Assembly (NCBI RefSeq): GCF_009914755.1
Contig: NC_060945.1
Reading direction: 5' to 3' (one strand)
Origin: the human T2T-CHM13v2.0 reference genome, Homo sapiens
Length of the DNA stretch: 64,000 nt
Of this stretch, positions 13,216 through 25,727 are shown in pieces. Each line of letters opens with the position of its first letter. Position 1 is the stretch's first letter. The notes beneath the pieces are model-generated. The model did not search any database. It was given only the letters and a program-made list of their open reading frames with translations, and was not told the DNA's origin. Position numbers and translations under genes: made by a program.

Positions 13216-13558
13216 CAGAAGGTTTCCAACTTACAATGGTTTGGCTTAGGATTTCATAATGTTACGAAAGTGATATGGGTTCAATAGAAACTGTACTTCA
13301 AGTGCCCATACAATCATTCTGTGCTACATTTTCAGTACAACATTCAACGAATTACATGAGATACTCAACACTTGATTATAAAATCGGCTTTGTGTTAGAT
13401 TATTCCGCCCTATCATAGGCTACTGTAAGTGTTCTGAGCGTGTTTAAGGTAAGCTAGGCCAAGCTGTGATGTTCAGTAGGTTAGGTGCATTAAATGCATT
13501 TTCAAGTTATGATGGGTTTGTTGGAACATAACCCCATCTGAAGTTGAAGAACATCCAC
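13216..13558 (-). mobile_element. MER47-like Tigger (TcMar) DNA transposon fossil
   Basis: Resembles the recalled MER47A consensus (ttctgagc..gtttaaggtaagctagg..taggttaggtgcattaaatgcatttt); boundaries approximate. Confidence 0.65.
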
Positions 13559-13667
13559 TGTTTGTTAGAGTAGCACCCCATTCCTGATACCAAATTTAGT
13601 AAAAGTTTAACCAGAGATGCAGAACCAGTCACTTTCATACAATATATAATACATATAAGTATATGTA

Positions 13668-13995
13668 CAGTTGTCCCTTGCTATCTGCAAGGGATTGGTT
13701 CCCGGACCCCCACAGATACCCAAATCCTCATGTTCTCGAGTCCCCGATATAAAATGCTGTAGTATTTACATGCAACTTATGCACATCACCCTGTATCCTT
13801 TAAATCATCTCTAGATTACTTGTGATATGTAATACAGTATAAATACTATGCAAATAGTTGTTATACGGTATTGTTTTTTATTTGTATTTTTTAAATTGTA
13901 TTGCTATTTTTTAATTGATTAATCTTTTGAATATTTTTGGCCTGCAGTTGGTTGAATCCACAAATGCAGAACCTCCAGATACAAAGGGCTGACTA
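13668..13995 (+). mobile_element. MER2 (TcMar-Tigger) element flanked by TA, nested in an MLT2-like LTR (~13595-14610)
   Basis: cagttgtccctt...gattggttcc...aaatcatctctagattactt...aagggctgacta; terminal inverted repeats and TA target sites. Confidence 0.8.
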
Positions 13996-16900
13996 TACAT
14001 ACATAGTATTTTATATTATATACACATGTATCACACACATATATATATGGAAAGGTATATATGTATACACACATCTATATTGATTTACTACAATGAATTG
14101 CCTTATGGAATTACTGGGGCTAGCTAAGCAAGGGCAGACAGGCAGGAAGGGAGGAGCCTACTTAGGCTGAAAACCCATGGGCAAGCTGAAGCTTGTTGTC
14201 CACATGTGGCAGTTGGAAGGACCACCCGGGTGATGGGAGAGCAGTCACAGACACAGCTGCTATTGAAGTCTCTGAGTGTGAGGAAAGCCTAAGTTTTTAA
14301 AAAAAATGCCTTCCAACTGCATAAGTCAGACCTGCTCAGAATAACCTTGCTTTTGATTAATTTAAGCTCAACTGATTAGGGGTTCTAGTCACATTTGTAA
14401 AATCTCCTTCCAGCAGCACCTAGACTAGCATTTGATGGGATAGCTAGGAAGGCTGTGTGTGATGCTTAGGATGGCTACTGCCTCCCTTCCATCCTCCAGC
14501 TCTCATGAGAATGCCTCTTGTAGCCCACCCTGATCAGACATGTGCTAAAAAGGAAGTCTAGGAACTGTCGTTCAGTCTGGCCAAGTTGCCACACCATAAA
14601 GCCATTGCAAAGTGTTAAGGTGGCTCTTGTGAGCTTTTTCACTCTCTTCTCCCAGGTTCCAGTTAGGAGAGTGGAGAGAGCAGGCAGAGGTCAGAGTACA
14701 CATGGTGAAAAAAGAGAAAAGCTGCTCAGCCTCATGGGTGTGCATGTTGGGGTGGAGCTCTTGCAGGTGTCAAGACTGATGGTTGGAACAACTGAATGAT
14801 GAGAGTGGGAGGAGAAGGGCAGAAATACACAGAAAAACCCTATGTTGTGGTTCTGGGCTTCCTGGCACCTTCAGAGCTGTGTGGCTGGGGAAGAGAGCCT
14901 GGAAAAACACCATCGTGGCCATCCCTCTGTCTCCAGGCAGGAGGTCTTAAAACCATTTTATATTTCACTCATTTGTTTAATTCTCTCCTAAAATGCTCCA
15001 CAGCTTCTCTAGGGTTCCCCTCACCACCCTGACAAATAAATAAATCATTAAGTTGAACACAGATGTATCAGCATCTACTCAATCTATAGATTTTCAGATC
15101 TGTGCTGGACATTTGCTGTGGACTTCTATTTCCAGCATCTATACATCCAGGGAATTATTTTCTGTACCCTTCCTAATGAGATTCATGCACATGGCAAAAC
15201 TATGAAAATTGTGACGTTTTATTTGAGTAGTCATTAAAAGCTACTTAAAAATTGTCAGAGGCTATATGGATAAGCCTCTGTGTGGATAAGACTAGCATTT
15301 TAAGTAAATTAAGAAAGAACATATTTTGAAGAGCTGAAATAAATGATTGCATATTGGTCATTTTTATCCAAACCCCCAAAAAAGAAAAGAAAAGATGGTT
15401 TAATAGTACCTGATAGAAGCTCTTGGTGAAATGATTAGAATTTGCAAGAAATAGTAGTAAAAATAATGGAAGTATTGTCTGAAATATTTATAAAAGGAGA
15501 TTTGGTGACTATGGCTGATTTCTTTAAGTATTATATTTCTTTTTGCTAATTATTCATACACTGAGATTTGTATAACAAGCCAGGGACAGTACCTATGTCC
15601 CTGGGCTCCCCCACTAAACATAATAGCCACTTGACATTCAAGGAGAGCAGATTCCAGCCAAAGCCCCACAGCTGTGCATACATGACATTCCATATCATCT
15701 TCTCTTGAGGCCATTTAACTTCTTACCCTAATGAATAAGAACTTAGGACCACAAAATGCAAATGTGGGATGAAAAATGCAGCCGTAGTCACACGTCTTTA
15801 TTTATTGATGTGTTGACTCCTAATCCACTTAAATCTATTTTAAGGCAGCTTAAGAGATGTCCAATAGCTTTGCACACTAACATCACCCCCTGTGCCTGGC
15901 TCTGTGCCATGCATTTCCCTTACTAACTGATTTACTTCTCCAATACCCCCTGGATAGGCACTTTTATTGATCCATTTTATAGTTGATGAAACTGAGACAC
16001 AAAGAGATCAACTCACTTGCCTGTGTTCACACAGCAAGTGAGCAGAGGAAGCCGGATTCCAGTCTTATACCTAATCCCACGCTTGGGCTTTCAACTATGA
16101 CCTCAACTGCCTATAGAAGAGATCATTAAAATTTAAAAATAAGTCCATAAATTAAATTATGACACATCCATACAATAAAATATTTGCAGCTTTAAAATAA
16201 TTAAAAGGGAGAATTTTATATATTGATTTGAAAAAATATGCAAGATTTATTGATAAATGAAAAAAATAAGTTGCAGAACGATGTGTATGGCATGATATAC
16301 TTGTGGGGGAAGGGGAGAGAAACACATAACTGTCTGTAAATACATGTGCACAATATGTATTTCTATACATGTGTATGCCTAAAGGTTCCCTGGAAGGGAG
16401 AGTGTCTAGAAACTTCTAACCATGGTTACCGGTGGGTGTTGGGAGTGGGAGCCAGGAGAATGGAACAGAAATGGGAGGGAGTCTTTTCAAACACAACCAT
16501 TTCATAATGTTTAAATGTATGAAGCATATAAATGCATTACTTACTCAAAACATAAATTAATCCATTTTAAATTTCAAGAAGAGAATGTAAGAAAGCTGGG
16601 TCAAAGGGAGAGTAAAGGTGGAAAAGCTAGACAAAGCCAGGGCTGAGGTTTGTCCATACCATGGCGTGCGCTGTGAGCTCCCAGCTCCGAGCTTTCCCAC
16701 ATCCAGTGAGAAAACAGACACACATTCAACCAACAGTCATGGCCATCCCAGATGCGTGCAGACCAGCGGTTCAGGAGAAACACAATTTGCTGACATAGAC
16801 ATGTCCGTGGGTCCAGGGGCCACATCAAAATCACAGGATGTGGGTGCCACAAGGGATTGTAGAGATAACCGAAGGCAGCTCCCCTGCTTGAGAGGTGAGA

Positions 16901-18239
16901 AGACTCGGGCCCAGGAGGCCAGGTGACGTTGTACAATCAAGGAAGCTCTTGCTTTCTTGCAAGCTCAGTTCACCACCTGATCCAATCAACAGTTTAAGGA
17001 ATAGAGAGGAGATGCTGGCTATGCCCTAACTAACCATCTCAATTTCAGGAGGGTTGGGGCTCCCCTGTGGCCCCGCATCATTTAGCATGTCCTTCGCTCT
17101 CTGCCCGGGATGGGAGAGTTTCACAGTCACAGAGGAACCACAAAGACTCTGCAGAAGATGAGTCAGCGGCTATGATACTTTTCACTTCACAATTAATACA
17201 TCAGACACCTGCCATCAACATAACCATTCCAGCTTTTATGCCTGACATTTCTGGGACTATTCTTTCCAGAGGAACTTTCTCTTGAGAATTAATCAGTATT
17301 AACAAAAATTGCAATGAAAGGAAAGAGAAATAAGCACTGGGCTAGGTGCTGTGGGTTGTCTGATTGGTCCTGCTTTGGAAGCACCCTCATTGTGGCTGGG
17401 GGAGCATCAAGACACCCTGACAAGCTGTGATCTGTGCTTATGGGCCAGTGAGGCAGATGACGGGAGCTGTTGGACTCCACTGTGCTGGCTAAATCTTTTC
17501 AAACTGCTGAAAATCCTTATTAAACATCTAAAGCTTTCAAAATCGGAAAATGATCCTTGAATGTCTCCACACATCACTGACATATTCATTAGTGGAAAAT
17601 GGGGTCAGACAGCAATGTCCAGAGGCCAGCTGACCCACGGACTGACAGATAGCTGTGCAGATGTTGAATAATTACTTCCTACGAGCCCTGGTCAGGACTC
17701 ACACTTGCACGATCCAAGCAGCAGAACCACTGGCATTAGAGTGCCTGGAAACAGACCTGCAGGCGCACCAGGAGGAATCCCCCTGCCCGCCACAGAGGGC
17801 ACCTTTCCAGGTAAGAGTCTGCAGCTCTGATGAATAGTACTTGTCAATTAACACACCAGTCACCCATCACCACTATAATGACCCCAGCCTCAGCCTCCGT
17901 GCCAGACGGTGCAGGGATTCTTTGGACTTATCTACCGCAAAATCACACTGTAATGTTTGTCCATTGCTTTGAAGATCAGAGATGGCCTGGAGAGACTGGT
18001 GATGGAGGACCGTATTCACAAACCACAGCAGCTTCCAATCCTCTGTCCAGGAGAGCAGAGGGGAGCACCCCTGTGGGACAAACAACAGGGGGGCTTGAGT
18101 GTGAGGGCTCGGGAGAATAAGTGCCATCCCCCAGTCAAGATGAGGACTTTCCCAACACTGAAGACAGACACAGCAGATTACTTCAAAAACCTCAGAGCAA
18201 GTTTACAGCAAATATCTCAGACATAAGAAAGGTACAATT

Positions 18240-18620
18240 AAGGGCTAAATTGCATCCTGCCAACATTCATATGTGGAGGTCCTGACCCCTAACACCTCAG
18301 AATGTGAACTTATTTGGAGACAGGGTCTTTAAAGAGGTGACTAAGTTCAAATGAGGGCATTAGAGTGGGCCCTGATCCAATATGTCTGGTGTCCTTATAA
18401 GAAGAAATGAGGACACAGACACACACAGAGGGACAGCCTGTGAGGAAACGAGGAGAAGTACCTGTCTACAAGCCAAGGAGAGAGGCCTCAAGAGAGACCA
18501 GCCTCAACGGTGGCTTGACCTCAGACTCGCAGCCTCCAGGACTATGAGGGCATCTGTGGCTGTCGTTGAAGCCGCTCAGCTGTGGGACTTTGTTATGGCC
18601 GCCCCAGGAAATGAACACAG
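18240..18620 (+). mobile_element. MLT1-type MaLR LTR
   Basis: cctcagaatgtga..tatttggagacagggtctttaaagaggtga..gtccttataagaag motifs; boundaries approximate. Confidence 0.75.
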
Positions 18621-19450
18621 GGACGTAGTGATGCAACCCCCAGATGGCAGCTATGTCCTTTTAAGAACCAGGGAGAATTCAAACACATCTGTTTCATGGT
18701 GTAAGTTACCGTCAAGAGGCTCTCTTAAGTCAAAGAGAAAAATGGAAATGTGAAAATGCTAAGCTCTTTTCTTTCTCCTTCCGTCACCCATGTTCACAGC
18801 ATAATCTTGATTGTATTTCATTTGAAAGACTAGCAAAATGCACTCCGTTTCTCTCTGTAAACCTCACAGATGTCATCAGTTGATAGCAAAGCCCTACTGT
18901 CTGCAGAGCGAGCCGCAGGGAGGCTGTGGGTGCCCTCGCCTTGCCCTCAGGAAGGGGAAACCAACCAATATTTCCTGTGCTAATGTGGGGCTATGAATTG
19001 TGCCTCACTGCTCTGAGCATGTTAATTTGAAGAGGAAACTGTCGATTGTTCCAATGAGACTATCTATATTCTTGGTCTACTTAGGATCAACTCAAGTGTG
19101 CATTTCCTATCTAATGGCATCTGACAGCTTGAGAAGATGCAAAGTAAATTGGCCTGGACCTGCCATAGTTTATAGATGGAGACAGGGCAGGTAATAGTGT
19201 GAGAAGATCATGTGTAACGCAGATGCTGAGATGCAGAAGAAAAGATGCCCTTCCTGGCTCTGGACGGGTCTCGGTGGAGGAGTGGGAGCTACTGCTGGTT
19301 TTATGAGAATGTGGGGACTTGAGACCTCTATGGGAGAAATGCAAACATTTGCAAATGGGCTGGATAAATAGAAACATGCCCTGTGCATGGCTGAGAACAG
19401 TAAACTGTGGTGGTGTGTCAGTTCCTCCCAGAGTGGATCAAAGGGGATGG

Positions 19451-20012
19451 TGTATTAGTCAGGGTTCCCCACAGACAGAGACAGAGACAAAGACAGAGAG
19501 ACAGAGAGTGACCGAGAGAGAAAGAGAGAGAGAGATCTAGTTGAAGGAATTGGTTCAAGACTGTGAGCCTGGCAAGTGCACAATTTGCAGGGCAGGCTGG
19601 CAGATGGGAGACCCTGGGAAGAGTTGAGGTTACAGCTCAAGTCCAAAGGTGGTCTGGAGGCAGGATTTCCCCTTCCTCATGGGACCCCAGTTCGTTTCCT
19701 CTTAAGGCCTTCAACTGGTTGGATGAGACCCACTCACAGTGATGTGTCGAGACATTCAAGGACCATTTTCTGATTTAAAAAGCTTTAAATGTTTTTAATA
19801 AGGACTTTCAGCTATTTAAAAAGATTGAGCCAGCACCATGGAGTCCAACAGCCCCATCATCTGAAGGGTGGTCTCTGCTTTACTCAGCCTAGTGACTTAA
19901 ATGTTAATCTCATTCTAAAAAAATACCTTCACAGTGACATCTAAAATAACATTTGACCCAATACCTGGGTACTGTGGCCTAGCCACGTTGACATGTAAAA
20001 TTACCCATCATA
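19451..20012 (-). mobile_element. MLT2-type (ERVL) solo LTR, interrupted at 19737-19863 by a templated insertion
   Basis: tgtattagtcagggttc...(GA)n...aaatgttaatctcat...aataccttcacag...gttgacatgtaaaattacccatca; TSD ga(t/c)gg. Confidence 0.8.
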
Positions 20013-20221
20013 GACGGTGATCATTGTAATAAAACAAACACATCATCCACACTTCCTGAGTCCTGAGCACTTTGCACACGCTACTTCATTTTGTGCTCTT
20101 GGGAACCTTTCTGCTGAGGTTGTCCCGGACATTCTCAAGTACATGCATGACCAGATGCTGGGTCTCCATGGCAACAACATGGTCTCACTTCTGTTCAAGC
20201 CGTGCTTTCCTTCCCCTGCAG

Positions 20222-20345
20222 GATGTACACCTTCAGTCTAGCCACAGACCTGAACTCCAGAAAGGATGGTGAAGCCAGCAGCAGATGCAGCGGGGAATTT
20301 CTTCCACAAACGGCAAGGAGTCTTAGCAGCTTACAGGCCTTGCAG
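20222..20345 (+). CDS. UBASH3A: UBASH3A exon 8 (124 nt), linker: MYTFSLATDLNSRKDGEASSRCSGEFLPQTARSLSSLQALQ
   Basis: ccctgcag|G acceptor, CAG|gtaata donor; phase 2 to 0 joins exon 7 to exon 9 in frame. Confidence 0.95.
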
Positions 20346-21407
20346 GTAATAGAACATTCCCTTTTTTCTTTTAAGTAAACTAAGCAAAACTACACTTTGT
20401 ATTAACTTCACGGTGGACACAGCTTCGTAGGTGTAGCTTTTGTTCCATAGACACATCCTCCCTGCCCTAGAGCGTGGTCAGCAAGGGGGCCTCCCAGGTC
20501 TGAGGGTGCCGGGGGTCCTGCCCTGGTCTGTCTGCTCTGGGCAGACAGGGAGCCACCCCTTCATGGCAGAGTGCCCCACCTTGAGCTCCTCAAGGCAGCT
20601 GAATCCCGAGTTCTCATCCCATTCCCTCATTCATGAGCCAAGAGGTCCCCAAGACGTCACCTGCCCCGGTGCCTTGGCCCCTCATCTTTTGAGGCAAAAC
20701 TCTCCATAACCTGGGGGTCAGCAGACTCAGGCCAGGGTCCAGGGCACAGCAGGGCACCCCGAGCTGGCCACCCTCATGGGGCACATCCAGGAGTGCAGGC
20801 TGCCAGGCAGGGACACCAAGGAGCAGGCAGCCCCTCCCTGAACGCAAACAAGTGACATCACATCCCTGATCCCTGTCCTGTGATCTGAAGCTTCACACTC
20901 CTTACAGAGGAGCCCTCAGGAAGGGGCTGTACCTGCTGCTGGCCTTTGTCTGGTTGCCACAGTAGTGAAAATGCCTCTCTGTCCTTGTTCTTCCCAAATT
21001 CGTCCGCCTGTGCCCTGCCATGTGCCGCACACGTTACTTTAGGATCTCTCATCCTTGCTATCCCCAATCGACACAGGAGGCGCTATTCCTGCCCCCTACC
21101 CATTTTACAGATCTGAAAACTGGGGCTCATGGAGGCTAGGAAGCTTGTCGGAGAGCACACAGACTCCTAACCACCCTCCCATCAGATTGTTGGAAGGATT
21201 ATGTGAGATGGGCCATCCAGTGCCCACCACGGCCAGGCCCCTGGTGCGGAGAAACTATTGTGCCCAGAGGGTGGGGTCACAGTAGCCAGGCTTATTCCCT
21301 AGTCCCCAGGGCCCATCCTGGTGCCTGGTCCATAAATCTCCAGAACAACCAAAGGAAGGCTCTGCCGGGACTTGTCAGTGGCTCACCCTAAGGTCAACGC
21401 TCACCCT

Positions 21408-21752
21408 CTGTTACGGATTGAATTGTGTGCCTCCAAAATTCCTATCTCGAAGTCCTAACCCCCAGTCTCACTGAATGTGATTGTATTTGTAGACAAGGCC
21501 TTTAAAGAGGTATTTAAGGTTAAATGAGGCAACACAGGTGATGCAATCTGATCCAATCTGACTGCTGCCCTTATAAGAAGAGGGGATGAGGAAACAGACA
21601 CACAAGAGGGATGGCCCTGTGAGGACACAGGGAGGGGACACCACCGGCAAGCCCCAGAGAGAGGCCTCAAAAGGAACCAGCCCTGGCAACACCATCATCT
21701 CTGACCTCCAGCCTCCAGGACTGTGGGAGAGTAAACTTCTGCTGTGGAAGCT
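21408..21752 (+). mobile_element. MLT1-type MaLR LTR
   Basis: tgttacggattgaattgtgt..cctaacccccag..gaatgtgattgtattt..gagaggcctca motifs; boundaries approximate. Confidence 0.7.
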
Positions 21753-22409
21753 AAACAGTCAACCCACACGCAGCGTCCCTGTCGCCATTTGCACCTCCTG
21801 GCAGCTGGTGCAAATCAGCCCAAAGCTAAGTGGCCTTGGCAGGTCTTTGCAGCCTTGGTGGCTAGGTGAGGAGGCCTTTTCTTGAGAAATCAAGAATGTG
21901 TCTCTGAAGCTGGGTCCATGAGAAATGGCGATCAGCATTCACCATGTGAGAAAGGCCCAGACTTGGGAGAGCCGAGACTCCCCAGGGCTGTGGCCTGGGG
22001 ATTATTTAAAAAGCTTTAAATGTTTTTAATAAGGACTTTCAGCTATTTAAAAAGATTGAGCTAGTACCATGGATTCCAACAACCCTATCATCTGGAGTAA
22101 AACAGAGACCATTCTGTTTTACTCAGCCTAGTGACTTAAATGTTAATCTCATTTTTAAAAAATACCTTCACAGTGACATCTAAAATAACATTTGACCCAA
22201 TACCTGGGTACTGTGGAGAAGTACCCAGGTATTGGGTAGGGGGAGAGCCTGGAATGGAAGTCTCTGCTCGTAGCTCAGCCTGTGTCTAAACCGTGCTTTC
22301 AATGGCTGAAAACAGAACATGCATCTGCCTGTGAACTGGCCCCCCTCACACGGTCTTCTCTATAGGGATTTCACCCCTTCCCTACAGTAAGAAAAGACAA
22401 CTGGCCACA

Positions 22410-22853
22410 GGTCTGGTAGAATCATGGCCCCAGAGATGATGCCCTAATCCCGGGAACTTGTGCATGTGACCTTATTAGGAAAGAGAGTTTCTGCAGATGG
22501 GATTGAGTGGAGGGTCTTGAAATGAGGAAATGATCCTGGGTCATCCAGGAGGGCCCTAAACCCCATCACAAGTGTGCTGATGAGAGAAAAGCAGAGGGGA
22601 TCTGATACAGCAGCAGAGGAGGCCATGCAGCCAGAGAGGCAGAGACTGGAGCAATGTGGCCACAAGCCAAGGAACACCTGGGGCCACCAGGAGCTGGAAG
22701 AAGCAAAGAATAAATTCTCCCCTAGAATGTCAGAGGGAGCATGGCCCTGCCAACACCTTGACTTTGGACTTCCAGCCTCCAGAGCTGTGAGAGAATAAAT
22801 GTCTCTTGCTTGGCACCGCCCAGCCTGTTATGGCAGCCCCAGGACACCAATGC
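22410..22853 (+). mobile_element. MLT1-type MaLR LTR
   Basis: gccacaagccaaggaacacc..ccctgccaacaccttgactttggacttccagcctccagagctgtgagagaataaat; boundaries approximate. Confidence 0.75.
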
Positions 22854-25627
22854 AGCACCTTCTGTCTAGAGAATTGGTGCAGCCCTGCCTCATTCCATAG
22901 ATCCCAGGGGTCAGTCCATTCCACTCCCCACAGGGCTTTCTTTTGCTTTATCATCATATTCCTGTGGCAAAGCTCCACAGAAGAACATTTAAAATGCTCT
23001 GAGCTCTTCCAGGAAGAAAATACCCCAAATCCAAAACTTCAGCCCGCAAGTTGAAAACTTCAGGGACTTTGTTACTAGGCAGAATGAGTTTCCAAGAGCA
23101 TGCATGCTTTGCAATCTACTTGCAGATCAGCTCTCTACAGCTCTCTAGGATGTTTTAATATTCATTCTGGGATAGGGGCGGTGGGTGCTGCCTCTTGGTG
23201 TCAGTGTAGGCAACCTCTGCATAACCACACTTCACATGCAAGAGAGCAAGACAGCAAGACAAACCTTCCCCTGAAGCTGTTCCCCAGGAGATGCATGTTT
23301 CTATCCTGAAACAAACAACTGAAGTTTTCCAATAAGGGAAAGCAATACTATTCACTTGGCCTTACCGTATATCCGTTTTGAAGACTCAGCCCAGTGACCC
23401 TAAGAAAGTGTTTGCATGGTGACTGCAAACGTTCTCACTGGCTCACCAATCCCATAGTTTATGCACCTACCAAATGTAGCCAGGGCCACCGAGAACTGTC
23501 TGGTCCTGATAAATTTCAGCAGCTGGAAATTCTGCATCGTCCGGGCCAGCGTGGACTTCACAAGGGATCCACAGGATCTGGCAGGAGCTGCCCGTGGTGC
23601 TGACCCCGAGAATGCTTTCAAGGCAGGTGAAATTGGCCCCCACCCTACTTTCTGGTGTCCCTTCCTTCCCAGTAGTTTCCAATCACTTCCCTAGGTACAG
23701 GGACACCACGGGGGACCACTCTTGCCAGAGCGAGTGGCCAGTTAGTGCAGACCCTTGAGACTGGATCACTGTTCACAGAAGAAAGTCCAGACAGGAATGA
23801 TCAGCTGCACTGGCCAGGTGGAAAATGAGTCCCTTCCTCCCTGAGGGTGTTTGGATGTTAAAGCCATTTGCATTTTCCTCTCTAGGATTTGGAGGGAATC
23901 AGGGCGATGCTGGGGCTGGTGTATGAGGGTTTATGCAGACAAGGCTTACCTCTCCTCACCTCTCTTCCTTACCCTGCTCAGTAGGAAAACACACACAAGA
24001 GCTGCCCTCTCATTTTAGCCCAGAGAGAGCTGTGTGGCCAAGAGGGAGCAGGGCAGGGATAGTGCCTGTCTGAGCTGCCTCCTGCCCAGGGGTCCTCCCT
24101 ACCCCGTCCATCCCTGGTCGCCTGGGCTCCAGGCAGGATTTGGTCCCCAGAAGGCCCCACAGCCCACCTCCCGTGGCAGGCCGTGTTCGCTCTGCCCCCA
24201 CCATCTCTGTTAATGACTCATCTTTCCATGTTCATCCCTTGGCCCAGGGAGACCTGCAGCTCCCTAAAGCAGGGATGCTGTGGACTGCAGCTTCATGGAC
24301 CAGCATGTGACATGCTCCCCCCTGCGGTGCCATGTCACAGGGAGGTTGAGGCATGAGTCCTGGGTGCCAGAGGGCAGCACCACTGGGCCTGTGTTGCTGC
24401 AGGGTTCCCCACCTCTTGCTCTGAAATGGACCCCCCTGGATAGCCTGGGCCTGGCTCTGGGGCTGGGAATGTAGGTGAAGGGCCGATGTCAGCTGGCACA
24501 TTAGTGCCCTCCAGGGAAGCAGCCGAGCCTGGTGTCTCCCTCCAGGGTCCTGGTGCAGGGCTTATGCTCCACGCAGCTGTCCTGGTGGCCTCTAGCTGGC
24601 TCGGCCCCTAGCACTCTGCTCTCTGGTCCCAGGGGGGGCATCCTCAGCTCTCATTCACTCTCTTCATCTCATTTGCTGTGGGTTCCTCTCAAGGCCAGTC
24701 CCTCAACTTGATCAGCCCTGCACAGCATGGGGAGAAGGGTGGCCTAGCCCCTGAGGACAGAGCCCCCCACAACACCATCCCACACAGTGGAGGCCCCTCC
24801 CAAAGGGTAGCCAGCCTCGCTGCCCCAAGCATGACCTTTGGGCTACTTCCCCAAAGCACAGGCTCCCCAGAAAGAGGGCGGGCGTGAGCCCTGTAACTGC
24901 AAGGCTCCAAGGCCATCCTGCGGCTGCCTGAGGCTGGGGAGGAAGGTGCCAGAGAGCTGCTGTCCCTGGCTCGAAGCTGCTGGCCACCGCCAAGGCCAGT
25001 CTCATGCCGAGAAGAAGTAAATAAACTATAAAGTACTGTTTTCCTTTAGCATTCAGCCAAACAGAGAATGACCAGCTATGGGAAAACAGCAAGGGGATGG
25101 ATGAGGGCTTCTCCCCTTGGTGCTCAGAAGCAGAATTCATACCTGGGAGCCATAAAAGGACGGCCCCTCAACAGGTCAACACCAGGGCAGTCCTGGAGGG
25201 TTTCTCAGAAGAAGTGTGCCAGCAAGAGAGGAGACTAGATATTAAGATAGGTAATCTATACTATAACAATACATATTATAATATAGATAGGGATAATGTC
25301 CTAAGACGTCTCTATGGGAATGATAAGGACTTAGAAAAGACAGAAAAGTAGAAAAACGGATGTGTCATGATAGGGGCCAATCCTGTCTCTTTTCATTTTC
25401 TTGATGTTAGAATGCCCAGAAAATAAAACATTGGAAGAAATTGAAGAGATTGCCAATTTCATGTCCTCTTTCATTCTAATGATTTGGGCAAAATGGGCTG
25501 AGCTATTGACTAACGAAGGAAAAGATTCCCTCGCAGTTGCTGGGTGACTGGGAGAGCTGCCATTGGTGCAAGTCCAGTGAGTTGGATGTTAAACTGCATG
25601 TGCCTTGCTTCCTGCCCCACCCCCCAG

Positions 25628-25727
25628 GCTACCGTTGCAAGGAAGAGCGTGCTGGTGGTTCGCCACGGGGAGAGAGTGGATCAGATCTTCGGGAAGGCAT
25701 GGCTGCAGCAATGCTCCACTCCTGATG
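25628..25727 (+). CDS. UBASH3A: UBASH3A exon 9 (100 nt): ATVARKSVLVVRHGERVDQIFGKAWLQQCSTPD; RHGE catalytic motif of the histidine phosphatase (PGM-like) domain
   Basis: cccccag|GCT acceptor, GATG|gtaggt donor; RHG motif. Confidence 0.98.

Larger units (their letters stand above)
17454..22237. repeat. Three-copy dispersed local repeat: A 17454-17579, inverted B 19737-19863, and C 22004-22216 (direct copy of 19773-19977) followed by a fold-back tail to 22237
   Basis: Manual alignment: A vs B about 14 substitutions and 2 small indels; B vs C about 8 substitutions outside the rearranged junction. Confidence 0.93.
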
